Shown here one piece after another: positions 25,088 through 34,215 of a DNA stretch of 36,990 nucleotides; position 1 is the first letter of the stretch; each line of letters begins with the position of its first letter. The position numbers were made by a program, and so were the translations under genes. The DNA is taken from assembly GCA_031425655.1 (NCBI GenBank), contig JANPJS010000040.1, forward strand, positions 1-36,990. Direction: 5' to 3'. The DNA is from Abditibacteriaceae bacterium (GTDB lineage: Bacteria; Armatimonadota; Abditibacteriia; Abditibacteriales; Abditibacteriaceae). The notes under the pieces were generated by a model. The model was given only the letters and a program-made list of their open reading frames with translations, had not been told where the DNA came from and searched no databases.

Positions 25088-26962
25088 CTACGGACTCACT
25101 TTATGAATGCGCCAATGCTGATTCAAACCGCCCGTTGTGCCCCAGTAAGCCCACTGTATAATCTGCGCGCCTTCGGCATTGATGCCATTAGGTTTATCCA
25201 ACACCAAACCGCTGTTTGTATTGGTTAGCCTGAAAAAACCGGCATCTACGGGCGTGATTTTCCAATGCTGATTGGATTTGCCGTTCGGGTCGTATTTGTC
25301 ACGATAAAGGTCAATGGCGCCGCCGTTTTCTATCGAACTGCCGATAACTTCCAGCACCAATCCATTGCGGCGATTGACGATTTTAAACACGCCGCCGCCC
25401 AATCCGACGAAGCGCCATTGCTGGGCCATGTCATCTTTGTCTTCGCGCGCCTGCACAACCGGCGTAGCGTCATTGAGCGCGCCATCTTTAGCTTTCAGCA
25501 CCAGACCATTTTGGCGGCTGTAAATTTTGAAATAATCGCGCGAATCAATGGCCGGAGTGCTGCTAAAACCCGCGCCCTTGATAACGAACGTCGTCACCGA
25601 TTTAGCAGGCGCGATGGCGACAAAATTCTTGGCGTCATTACCGTTAATCGGCAAAGCCGTCAGCTTTTCCAGATTCTGCGTCGGCGAAGTGCGGTAACTC
25701 GCTACGGAATCGCCGATGCGCGAAAAACCGGATAAATCGTAAGTAACGCGCGTTTCCTTTTCGCTGCTGTTGGTCGTCACGATGACGAGCGTGCGCGAAG
25801 CGGCATCCAGCGCCGCGACGGAATTCGGGTCGTCAATCGAGATAATTTGAAATTCGGGCCGAATAAACTTGCTGTATTGGCCCATCACCCAGTATTTTTT
25901 GTTGATTGTATAGGCGGTCGTGACCTGATCTTTTAACGGATTCTTTAGAAATCCCCAGCCGCCGGTGTTGTCCACGACCTGCCAGTAACTCCACGCCACA
26001 GCGTGCAAGTCGCGCAAATCTTTCAATATCACCCGCGACATGGTCAGGCCCGAAGCATCGTCGTCGCCGTATTCCGACATCCAAACTTCCTTGCCCGCTG
26101 CACCGGCCAACGTGGCAAGCTGCGTGCGGGCACTGCCGCCGTAGCTGTGCGCGTTGATGCGATTCAGCATCTTCAGCGCCGTTTCGTCGTAGGCGCGAAA
26201 TGTTCGCACGGCGTTGTCAATGGAGTTGTCGTCTGAGGCGGCGACTTGAGTGCGAAGTTTGGTTCGCGCCAAAGCGCCGCCGACGGCTTTGATTACGGCG
26301 TTTTGGTGCTCCGGCTCCACAAAACAGCCCTCCTGCCAGTGGCCGAATTTCCACCAGTTGCCATCCGGCTCGTTGAACGGCTCCAGCGTTTGAAAATTGA
26401 TGCTCCAAGCGTCGTGGAAGTGTTGCACCACGCCGACTAAATAATCGGCAAACTGTCCATCGGCCTCGTTTTTAAGGTTGTCCGTTCCGCCCTGATTTCC
26501 AGTCACGCTGCCGCTTTTAGTCATCCAATACGGAGGCGAATTGGAAAACGCTTCGAGTTGATTCGCTCCTTTAGCCATCGCCGCTTTGAGCATCCAGCGC
26601 TGATTGGCGTCGGCGTCCCAATTCCATTGCCCCGGCGCGCTCTGATAGCCCGGAACAGCGGCTCGATATTGCAAAAACTGCTTATTCGGCGCCAAATAAA
26701 GCGGATTTTCACCGCCTCCGATGTTATAGCGCACGATGTTAAGGCCAAGCCCTTTTTCCAAATCGAAGGTCTTTTCGACGTAATCGCGCCGCGCCGCGTC
26801 GGGAAATCCGCCGACGACGTGCGCCCACCACGCCAACGAAGTGCCCCAGCCCTTGAATTTTTGAAATTGCAGCGCCGGTTCCAGATGCGCGGCGTAATCG
26901 GCCCGCACGCCGCAAGCTAAAGTTAAAGTCATCCCAACAAGCATCGCACGAGATCGTTTCAC
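25088..26962 (-). CDS. GH30-family glycoside hydrolase (endo-beta-1,6-galactanase-like) with a C-terminal ricin-B/CBM13 domain
   Basis: GWGTSLAWWA, LGLNIVRYNIGGG, EAFSNSPPYWMT, EPFNEP (acid/base), WMSEYG (nucleophile); QQW, QHW and QHW ricin repeats. Start inferred at GTG 26962 (GAAGGA RBS, signal peptide). Confidence 0.88.
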   Translation of the reverse strand: MKRSRAMLVGMTLTLACGVRADYAAHLEPALQFQKFKGWGTSLAWWAHVVGGFPDAARRDYVEKTFDLEKGLGLNIVRYNIGGGENPLYLAPNKQFLQYRAAVPGYQSAPGQWNWDADANQRWMLKAAMAKGANQLEAFSNSPPYWMTKSGSVTGNQGGTDNLKNEADGQFADYLVGVVQHFHDAWSINFQTLEPFNEPDGNWWKFGHWQEGCFVEPEHQNAVIKAVGGALARTKLRTQVAASDDNSIDNAVRTFRAYDETALKMLNRINAHSYGGSARTQLATLAGAAGKEVWMSEYGDDDASGLTMSRVILKDLRDLHAVAWSYWQVVDNTGGWGFLKNPLKDQVTTAYTINKKYWVMGQYSKFIRPEFQIISIDDPNSVAALDAASRTLVIVTTNSSEKETRVTYDLSGFSRIGDSVASYRTSPTQNLEKLTALPINGNDAKNFVAIAPAKSVTTFVIKGAGFSSTPAIDSRDYFKIYSRQNGLVLKAKDGALNDATPVVQAREDKDDMAQQWRFVGLGGGVFKIVNRRNGLVLEVIGSSIENGGAIDLYRDKYDPNGKSNQHWKITPVDAGFFRLTNTNSGLVLDKPNGINAEGAQIIQWAYWGTTGGLNQHWRIHKVSP

Positions 26963-26989
26963 GAGAATTCCTTCACAGCTTTTATTAAA

Positions 26990-27046
26990 CGCAAAGGCGC
27001 AAAGGCACAAAGATTATTGATTTCTTTGTGACTTTGTGTCTTTGTG
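26990..27046. repeat. Inverted octamer tandem-repeat hairpin
   Basis: CGCAAAGG CGCAAAGG CACAAAG - 11 nt - CTTTGTGA CTTTGTGT CTTTGTG, between the GH76 and GH30 genes. Confidence 0.75.
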
Positions 27047-27065
27047 CTTAACGAACTTGAGCAGT

Positions 27066-28205
27066 TCACTTAAGCGCTTTGGCCGCTGCGAAAAAAGCGC
27101 GAGCAGCGCTGGCTTGATTGATGAGTTCGCACTTTTGCAGCGGCGCGATTTGTGGCTTGTGCCACGCATTGGGATAGCGATTCGCCGGGTCGCGCACTTG
27201 CTCGTGCAAAAACGTGAGGGCGCGCAAAACCTGCGGACGATAACGCGCTTTGCCTTCGATGTGGTCGCAGGCGAGCAGGCTTTCGACTAATAAATGCGCG
27301 AAGCGGCCTTCGTCTTTGAAGGCGCCGCTTTGCGGGTCTTGCCATTTTTTCAGCGAAGCATCCGCCATTTTTAAAGCCGCGATGCGATATTCGGCGGCTT
27401 TGGCCGGTTTGGGTTCTAAAATTGAGCGCAGCATCAGCGCGCGAAACGTCAGCGCGGTATTGTAAGACCACTTCGTTTTTTCGATTTTGCCGTCGAGCTT
27501 AATGTTGTCCCACATCAATTCGTCCATCGGATCACGCAAATTGGCCAGCGTCCAATCGAGAATCTTGTCGCCCCATTCACGGTAACGCGGTTGGCGCGTA
27601 ATGCGAAACATTTCGTAGCAGGCGACGGCGGCGGGCGCAGTGATACAAGTGTTTTTCGAGGCCTTATCGGATTCGCGCCAGTAAAGGCCGCCGCCCAATT
27701 TGCCGTCCCAGCCGCTCAAAATGTAGTCCAGAGTTTTGCGGGCGCGCGGCAAATACTTTTTGCCGCCAAAGTCGTTGTGGTCTTCGAGAAACGCCAGCGC
27801 AACCCACGCATTGTCGTCGTAATAGCGATCAACCGGCTTGGGAACCGGCGATACATCGTAGCCGGGCACAGGGCCAAGCGGATTCCAATAAATGTCCAAT
27901 TTTTCAACGTATTCGTCCAGCCAAGGCCGATACTTTTTGTCGCCTTGCGCCGCGCCGCCCAATGCAGTCAGCATCACGCCACCGCCCCACAAAAACGCAG
28001 GGCCGGATTTTTTGCCTTCGGCTTTCCAATCTTCGGTGTAGAGGCCTCGTTCGGGCAGATAAAAATCGCGGCGTGCCTGCTGCAAGGCTTCTTCGCCCCA
28101 AAGTTTCATCTGCGCGGCCTGCATCGCGTTATCATCGCGCGCGAACGACGGGGCCGCGCACAAATTGAAAGCGAGGAGCGCCACAATGAGAATGAATTTT
28201 TTCAT
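27066..28205 (-). CDS. Glycoside hydrolase family 76 (alpha-1,6-mannanase-like), secreted
   Basis: Signal peptide MKKFILIVALL; RYYDDNAW catalytic DD; GGGLYW, SKNTCITAP, KWSYN. Confidence 0.9.
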   Translation of the reverse strand: MKKFILIVALLAFNLCAAPSFARDDNAMQAAQMKLWGEEALQQARRDFYLPERGLYTEDWKAEGKKSGPAFLWGGGVMLTALGGAAQGDKKYRPWLDEYVEKLDIYWNPLGPVPGYDVSPVPKPVDRYYDDNAWVALAFLEDHNDFGGKKYLPRARKTLDYILSGWDGKLGGGLYWRESDKASKNTCITAPAAVACYEMFRITRQPRYREWGDKILDWTLANLRDPMDELMWDNIKLDGKIEKTKWSYNTALTFRALMLRSILEPKPAKAAEYRIAALKMADASLKKWQDPQSGAFKDEGRFAHLLVESLLACDHIEGKARYRPQVLRALTFLHEQVRDPANRYPNAWHKPQIAPLQKCELINQASAARAFFAAAKALK

Positions 28206-28301
28206 GTCCCCATTAGACCGCGTCACGCAAGAAAAGACACGCAGAATTTTTCGCGTGCCTCTAATAAAATTCAGTCCGCATTTCAAAAGCGATGAAGCGC
28301 A

Positions 28302-29099
28302 TCAGGGCTTTTGCGGCTCATTCAGCACCGGGACGAATTGAGTGCCGTTCCAATGACGAGGATCATCATTTCCGTAAACCACATGAGCGACTTTTTGCCA
28401 ACCGTTTCCAGTCCAGCCATAGGCTGTTTCGTCGTAGCGGACTGGGTCGGCTTCGCCATACACCAACGTCAAATTGCCTCTGCTATCGGGAGACCTAATA
28501 TCGCTTGAAGAAACAGTTGATGGGCTGACGGGATTGTAACCATCGAACCTGATAAACGCCTTTGATTGCAGATTTTCGAGGAGAACTCCATAAACGTCAA
28601 CTCGACCACCAAATATGCCGTCTCCATAATTGTCCGCGACTTGGAGATAAATCAGTGGTGTTGTTTTACGGACCAGATTGAGCCACAGCGTTTGAAAATC
28701 TATCCTCATTTTGTCTGTCTTATCAGATAGGCTACGCGTGAATTCGTAGCGAAGTATTCGATGCCATGATTTTTTGGCTCCAAACCGAATCAAGTCCAAG
28801 CACGAAGAGCGGCTCAGCGACCGCCGTTCTCCGACACGCACGCTACTTGTATCGTAGAAATGCGCCGCGAAGGTGTTTCTCCCCTGTTTGAACGTGCCAA
28901 AAAATCGCGTCGGCCCTGCTGTTTTCACACCTCGCCGAATTGCGACAGGCACCTTTTTACCATGCACGACTTTCGTTCCGACGTAATATACCGCATCTTC
29001 GGCTGCCGTCGAAACAGCCCCGACCATCAATGCGATACAAATCGGCACCAGTAGCAAGGACGGAGAATGAGCGAGTTTTAAAAAGTGTCGGCGTTTCAT
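28302..29099 (-). CDS. Hypothetical exported protein
   Basis: AGGA RBS; MKRRHFLK N-terminus followed by a hydrophobic stretch and an AxA-like site; beta-rich body; more A/T-rich than its neighbours. Confidence 0.65.
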   Translation of the reverse strand: MKRRHFLKLAHSPSLLLVPICIALMVGAVSTAAEDAVYYVGTKVVHGKKVPVAIRRGVKTAGPTRFFGTFKQGRNTFAAHFYDTSSVRVGERRSLSRSSCLDLIRFGAKKSWHRILRYEFTRSLSDKTDKMRIDFQTLWLNLVRKTTPLIYLQVADNYGDGIFGGRVDVYGVLLENLQSKAFIRFDGYNPVSPSTVSSSDIRSPDSRGNLTLVYGEADPVRYDETAYGWTGNGWQKVAHVVYGNDDPRHWNGTQFVPVLNEPQKP

Positions 29100-29125
29100 T
29101 TGTCCTGAGTGTGCGTCAATACCAA

Positions 29126-29159
29126 AAAAGCCGCATGGAATTGAATCCATGCGGCTTTT
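29126..29159 (-). terminator. Intrinsic terminator after the DUF1080 gene
   Basis: AAAAGCCGCATGGA-ATTGAA-TCCATGCGGCTTTT; 6-T run on the minus strand. Confidence 0.8.
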
Positions 29160-29190
29160 CGCGGCTCTCATTCAAATTTTCTGCGATTTG

Positions 29191-29925
29191 TTACGGAGCG
29201 GTTTTAAGCACGATGTCTTTGAACTGCACCGTCATCGGCGGGCCGGCGTGAAGTTGCAGCGCCAAGACGCCGGTCTTGGCGCCGACGGCGGTTTCGTCGG
29301 TAACGTCAACCGTGGCTTTGCCGTTGATGAAATGCTGAAGATGGTTGCCGTGCGCGACGATTTTGTAATCGTTCCAGTCGCCGGGCTTGATGGCGGCTTG
29401 AATATCTGCGGATTTGCCGACTTCGCCAGCTACTTCGATTTTTGGTTTATTGGGCGCGTCGCCTTCACGAATCACGACTTTCTGGCCGCGCTGCGCGAGA
29501 ATTCCGCGTCCTTTTTCTTCGTAAAGAATGCCCGAATAGGTTTTCCCGACCTCGAAATCGGCCTGATAGCCGGAAACAACCCAATTTTTGTCGTCCACAA
29601 CTTTGCTGCGATATTGCACGCCCGAATTGCCGGAGCCGTTGGCCAGCCCGTCTTTGTCCAGGATTTTGAACTTGAAATTCAACTCAAAATCGCCGACTTC
29701 GCCGATTTTGTCGCCGTCTTTCCAGACCAGAAACGTGTTGCCTTTGGCGACCTTTTCCGGTGTCGTTTTGCCGGTGATGGCGCCGTCCTGCACCGACCAC
29801 AGTTCCATGTTGCCGGCCCAGCCGGTCAGGTCTGTGCCGTTGAAAAGCTGCTTTTCAGCAGCGCGCGACGACGAGGCCGCGAGAAAAGTCAGTCCGAGAA
29901 CAGCCGCAGTTGCGATGATTTTCAT
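29191..29925 (-). CDS. DUF1080 (3-keto-disaccharide hydrolase family) secreted protein
   Basis: Signal peptide MKIIATAAVLG; LFNGTDLTGW, WSVQDGAITG, GNSGVQYRS, GYQAD, WNDYKI, GVLALQLH, VQFKDI. Confidence 0.92.
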   Translation of the reverse strand: MKIIATAAVLGLTFLAASSSRAAEKQLFNGTDLTGWAGNMELWSVQDGAITGKTTPEKVAKGNTFLVWKDGDKIGEVGDFELNFKFKILDKDGLANGSGNSGVQYRSKVVDDKNWVVSGYQADFEVGKTYSGILYEEKGRGILAQRGQKVVIREGDAPNKPKIEVAGEVGKSADIQAAIKPGDWNDYKIVAHGNHLQHFINGKATVDVTDETAVGAKTGVLALQLHAGPPMTVQFKDIVLKTAP

Positions 29926-29930
29926 GATAA

Positions 29931-30818
29931 TTAACGTCCTTTTGGGTCTTGATTGGCCTTGAGTTCTTCTTCGGTTACTTTCGATTCGACGCCTTTTTCC
30001 GGCACGTCCACTTTGGCCGTCCATAAAATCGCGTTCAAAACGGTTTTGCGCTGGTCATCGTTGCCCCAGCCTTTGTGATTATGCCCGCCGGTGAAACCGA
30101 AGCCGCGCCCGCCGTCGGGCCGTTCGACGGCCCACGCGACGTGCTGCGGCGTTTTGGCGGCGACTTCGGCGCGCACCGCGTCGTTGCCGCTGTGCGGGCC
30201 ATTGCCGCGCTGCATGGTGCTTTCGGGCGCAATCGCGGAGAGAATCGGCGTGACACCGGCCATACCGTCCTTGAAGCGCATATGAAAATACCATTCGTCG
30301 TTGGTGCTAAATGGCTTCACGCCGTTAGAAATCGGATGCTTGGGCATTTCCTTGAATTCCGCCGTCCAGTGCGGATTGACCGACCAATCGGTTTCAAAGT
30401 AGCCGCCGAGCCACTCTTTGAATTCCGGGCCGCCTTTGTCTTTGGGCACTTCGACGCCGTAATGCAGGCAGACAATGCCCGCGCCGCGCTTCATTTGCTC
30501 GCCGAGTTGCTTCAAGCGGTCGCCGCTGAGAGCAACATGGCCGCCGCCGCCGTCGCAATACATTACGATGGTGTCGGCCTTCGCCAATTCTTCGGGCGTG
30601 GGCCATGCAGCGCTGAGATGCACTTTGGTTTCGACTTGCGGCGCGTTTTCGTCGAGACACTTTTTCAGCAAAAGCAGGCCGGCGTTGTGTTCGTGCTGAC
30701 CCGGCCCGTGGCTGGGTTTTCCGGCGATCATCACCACGGATTTTTTGTCGGCAGCAAACGCGGAAGTGGTCATTAATGCTCCTAAAAGCAACAGAGAGGA
30801 GATGCGTTTCATGTTCAT
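29931..30818 (-). CDS. Secreted ThuA-like domain protein
   Basis: Signal peptide; IAGKPSHGPGQHEH, VCLHYGVE, DEWYFHMRF, GRGFGFTGGH, LNAILWTA. Confidence 0.88.
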   Translation of the reverse strand: MNMKRISSLLLLGALMTTSAFAADKKSVVMIAGKPSHGPGQHEHNAGLLLLKKCLDENAPQVETKVHLSAAWPTPEELAKADTIVMYCDGGGGHVALSGDRLKQLGEQMKRGAGIVCLHYGVEVPKDKGGPEFKEWLGGYFETDWSVNPHWTAEFKEMPKHPISNGVKPFSTNDEWYFHMRFKDGMAGVTPILSAIAPESTMQRGNGPHSGNDAVRAEVAAKTPQHVAWAVERPDGGRGFGFTGGHNHKGWGNDDQRKTVLNAILWTAKVDVPEKGVESKVTEEELKANQDPKGR

Positions 30819-30865
30819 GGTGGTGTTTTGAAAATTGCTGCGGGCGCAGGTTGCGTGTCGCCCCA

Positions 30866-30906
30866 AACAAAAAGCGGGACGAGAAATTCTCGTCCCGCTT
30901 TTTGTT
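30866..30906 (-). terminator. Intrinsic terminator-like hairpin after the MFS gene
   Basis: AACAAAAAGCGGGACGAGAA-A-TTCTCGTCCCGCTTTTTGTT, perfect 20-bp arms. Confidence 0.75.
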
Positions 30907-30920
30907 CCGCAACTTGGCTT

Positions 30921-32564
30921 TTACGCTTCTGTGGCAGCGGGAAGTCCGCCCGCCGCTTCATCGCCCGACAAATGCACGGCTTGATAACCGCCGCGCGATT
31001 TAAAGTAAAGCATCAAGCCGATGTAAGAAAGCAGCATGATAACCGGCAAGATCGAAATCGTAGCCAGCGCTTTCTGTTTGGCGTCTTTTTCCGTCGAGGT
31101 GACGGCATCCTGTTCGCTGGCCGGCAAGGTCTTCACAGCGTCCGCGTCTACTTTGGTGTAGCCGCCCAAAACGTAAGTGTCCGCTTTGGAAACCTTCTGA
31201 TAAGTGCCGGGAGATTTCGCATTGATGGCTTGTTGCCACGAATCTTCCTGCATTTTTCCAATCAGGGGCGAGCCGATGATGCCGACGGTCAGCATTCCGA
31301 TACCGGCAATGGCGTTCAATGTGAGCGCGCCGCCTTTGGGAAACTGCTCGCTCACAATGCCCAGCGTGGTCGGCCAAAAGAAGCTTTTGCCGATGCCGTA
31401 GAGCGTCGCCGCGAAAAAGATAAAGGCCAGACCGGAAGCGCCCGCAAGCAGGTTCAGGCCGATGATGGCGAGGACGGAACAAAGCATCAACAGGCCCAGA
31501 GGCGTCAGTTTTTCAATGAGCGGGCCGGCGGCGAAAAAGCGCAGCGCCATCATGATGGCCGAGGTGTAAACCAGAACCCAGGCCGGATTGAGGCCGCCTT
31601 CTTTCATCGGCCCTTCCATCAAGCCGCCGATAGCGCCGTCGGTGCCCAGTTCGGTGATGGCCAACGGCATCATAATCAGGCAGAGCACAATCATCAGCGG
31701 GCGTCCCAACGAACGCGCGTAAAGACCGTAACCGACAGCCGTCGCGGCCACCAATATCATCGTGACCGCATCGCCCCATTTGAAGACGTTGCCCAATTCC
31801 TTGAACATCAAATAGGCGGCGATAGCAGCGCCGATGACGCCGAATTCGGCCAGCATTTCGCGGTAACTTGTGCCCGAAGCCACGCGTTCCTGAACCGGAA
31901 ATTTCGCAGGCCCCAGCATGATGAGGTAAACGATGGCCGGCAGCGCCAGCATATAAACCACGATGCGCCAATCGTTTTGCACTGCCTCGCCCAGAAAAAT
32001 CGTGATGATGCCGCCGATGACCAATCCCGCCGGCCATCCGGCGTGCAGAATGTTGAGCCACTTAGCTTTCTGACGACTAAACAACGTGGCGACAACCGGG
32101 TTGATAAACGCCTCAACGGTGCCGTTGCCCAAGCCCAGCACGACCGAACCCCAATAAAGATAGCCCCATGCCTGCGCCTGCGCGCTGGCCAGAGCTTCGC
32201 CGGTTAGAGTTGTGCCGGTATGCACCAGGCCATAGGCTTGAAGCACCATAACCGCGTAAATCACGTAACAAACCGCGCTGAAAAACATTGCGGCTTTGTA
32301 GCCGATGCGGTCAATGATGAAGCTGAAAAGAATGATGCTGATGGCAAAGGGCCACAATCCGGCACCAAATAGCTCGCCCGATTTCACAGGCGACAGGCCA
32401 AAATCCTTCGGCCACAAATCGGGGTTGTTGATGAGAATCGCGCGCGTGATAAACGCGGTGGACGTGGTAATCAGGGCCATAAAGCAGCCCCAGAACAACT
32501 TCATGTCTGCGGCGCTGACGGGCGGCGCGGGCGTGGACGACGTTGATTTATCGGACGACAACAT
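30921..32564 (-). CDS. MFS transporter (sugar/glycoside permease-like)
   Basis: AAGGAG RBS at MLSSDKS; many TM helices; IIDRIGYK, GLGNGTVEAFINP, NILHAGWPAG, YGIGKSFFWPTTLG. Confidence 0.9.
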   Translation of the reverse strand: MLSSDKSTSSTPAPPVSAADMKLFWGCFMALITTSTAFITRAILINNPDLWPKDFGLSPVKSGELFGAGLWPFAISIILFSFIIDRIGYKAAMFFSAVCYVIYAVMVLQAYGLVHTGTTLTGEALASAQAQAWGYLYWGSVVLGLGNGTVEAFINPVVATLFSRQKAKWLNILHAGWPAGLVIGGIITIFLGEAVQNDWRIVVYMLALPAIVYLIMLGPAKFPVQERVASGTSYREMLAEFGVIGAAIAAYLMFKELGNVFKWGDAVTMILVAATAVGYGLYARSLGRPLMIVLCLIMMPLAITELGTDGAIGGLMEGPMKEGGLNPAWVLVYTSAIMMALRFFAAGPLIEKLTPLGLLMLCSVLAIIGLNLLAGASGLAFIFFAATLYGIGKSFFWPTTLGIVSEQFPKGGALTLNAIAGIGMLTVGIIGSPLIGKMQEDSWQQAINAKSPGTYQKVSKADTYVLGGYTKVDADAVKTLPASEQDAVTSTEKDAKQKALATISILPVIMLLSYIGLMLYFKSRGGYQAVHLSGDEAAGGLPAATEA

Positions 32565-32625
32565 AGTCTCTCCTTGATGACGGCGAATAAAATAAACGAC
32601 AAAACGGCGCGGGGGTGTTGGGAAA

Positions 32626-32654
32626 ATTGTATCCCTCCCCGCGCCGCAATTCAA
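32626..32654 (-). promoter_or_regulatory. Putative internal sigma70 promoter for the MFS gene
   Basis: TTGAAT-N17-TACAAT on the minus strand, immediately after the long hairpin. Confidence 0.55.
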
Positions 32655-32724
32655 GTGACGAGCTACGAGTGACGAATGACGAGTAGGTGCTTTACTCGTC
32701 ATTCGTCACTCGTAGCTCGTCACT
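32654..32724. repeat. Perfect 32-bp inverted repeat composed of heptamer units
   Basis: AGTGACGAGCTACGAGTGACGAATGACGAGTA-GGTGCTT-TACTCGTCATTCGTCACTCGTAGCTCGTCACT. Confidence 0.92.
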
Positions 32725-32726
32725 CC

Positions 32727-34157
32727 TCAAACCGGTTTCGGTGCGTCACCCTGTTTTTTGAGTTCGTCAATCATTTCCTGGCTGACATCCACGCGATTGA
32801 CAACCGTTCTGCCCGGTCTTGCCACCGGCGGCGTGGGAACCGGCCCCCACTCGTGCTTGGCCTGAAAAAGTTTCTGCCCCGAATTGAGTAGGCTGTCCCA
32901 GCTAATCTGCTTGCCGGTGTAAGAACACTCGCGGCACAGAATGGCGGTCAGCGTGCTTTCGGCAACGGCAACGCCCTCGTTGAGCGGCTTGCCGGCTTTG
33001 ATGCCGTTGATCATGTCAATGTGTTCTTGCTGATAAGCATCGCGCCCACCGCCCGGAGCCGCCCATTCCTTCTCGCCCTTGACCCAGATGCGGCTGGAGC
33101 AGTTGGAGGTGCCTTTGCTGCCCTGAATGAACTCGGAAACATTGCCCGCCGTGTTGTCCATGTGACGCGCGAAGGACAGCACTTTGACGCCGCCGGGATA
33201 AGTCAATTCCGTGGCAAAGTGATCGTAAATGTGGCCGAACTGCGGCTGCACACGGATTTGGCGCCCGCCCATGCCGACCGCTGACACCGGATGCGCGCCG
33301 ATGACCCAGTTCATCACGTCGAGGTTGTGCAAGTGCTGCTCTACGACAAGGTCGCCGCAAATCCAGGTGAAGTAATACCACTGGTTCATTTGCCATTCCA
33401 TGTCGTTTTTGTATTTATCGCGCCCGCCGCGATCCCACAGGCCACCCTGATTCCAGTAGCACTGTCCACTCACGATGTCGCCGATAGCGCCTTCCTTGAT
33501 CTTGTTGATCGTTTCGATGTAGCTCTTCTGATGGCGGCGCTGCGTGCCGGCGACAATGCTGAGCTTTTTCTCATCGGCCATTTTCGCGGCAGCCAAAATC
33601 TGTTGCACGCCCCACGCATCTACTCCAAACGGCTTTTCGGCGAAAACGTGCTTGCCTTTTTCAATCGCATACGCGACGTGAATCGGACGAAAGCCGGGCG
33701 GCGTGGCATGAACCATCAAGTCAATGCCGGAATCAATGACGCCTTTGTAAGCATCGAAGCCGCTGAAGCAACGCTCGTCGGGACAATCAACTTTGTCCTT
33801 GTATTTGGCGTCGTTTTTCACGCCGTTGCGGCTGCCTCCGGCCTTGTCGAAAGCGTCGCCGACGGCCCAAAGCTGCATTTCCGGCGCGGCGTCCAAACTT
33901 TCACGGACAGCGCCGTTGCCGCGTCCGCCGCAGCCAACCCAGCCGATTTTGATGCGGCCATTGCCCTGTGCGTGCGCGTAGTTGGTGCCCAGCGCGCCAT
34001 ACGCGCCGGCGAAAACGGCGGTGCTGGTTAGCAGTGTTGCGCCCTTGACGAAGTCGCGGCGCGACAAATCAGCAGCCGCTTCGTTGGCGACTGGCGGGAC
34101 TGTTTGAGGCGCTTCTTGCGGCGCTTCGTGTTGCGTGGTGTTTTCCTGATTTTCCAT
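32727..34157 (-). CDS. Tat-exported Gfo/Idh/MocA-family oxidoreductase
   Basis: AGGAAGG RBS; twin-arginine SRRDFVK and AHA cleavage site; GWVGCGGRGNGA Rossmann motif; ATPPGFRP, HVFAEKP, GTQRRH, GDLVVEQHLHNLD. Confidence 0.93.
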   Translation of the reverse strand: MENQENTTQHEAPQEAPQTVPPVANEAAADLSRRDFVKGATLLTSTAVFAGAYGALGTNYAHAQGNGRIKIGWVGCGGRGNGAVRESLDAAPEMQLWAVGDAFDKAGGSRNGVKNDAKYKDKVDCPDERCFSGFDAYKGVIDSGIDLMVHATPPGFRPIHVAYAIEKGKHVFAEKPFGVDAWGVQQILAAAKMADEKKLSIVAGTQRRHQKSYIETINKIKEGAIGDIVSGQCYWNQGGLWDRGGRDKYKNDMEWQMNQWYYFTWICGDLVVEQHLHNLDVMNWVIGAHPVSAVGMGGRQIRVQPQFGHIYDHFATELTYPGGVKVLSFARHMDNTAGNVSEFIQGSKGTSNCSSRIWVKGEKEWAAPGGGRDAYQQEHIDMINGIKAGKPLNEGVAVAESTLTAILCRECSYTGKQISWDSLLNSGQKLFQAKHEWGPVPTPPVARPGRTVVNRVDVSQEMIDELKKQGDAPKPV

Positions 34158-34215
34158 GAGTAAAATCCTTCCTAAAATTGTAAATGGCCGCACGAAGCGC
34201 CCATGTAACTCGTGT

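Noticed and set aside
28220..28262. Weak CACGCA repeat/hairpin upstream of GH76
   Set aside because: Too short and degenerate to support as a distinct element.
30828..32207. 459-aa plus-strand ORF
   Set aside because: Antisense shadow of the MFS gene.
32565..32702. N-terminal extension of the MFS ORF (RHSSLVARH)
   Set aside because: This is a translation of the heptamer repeat and promoter region; the real start with an RBS is 32564.
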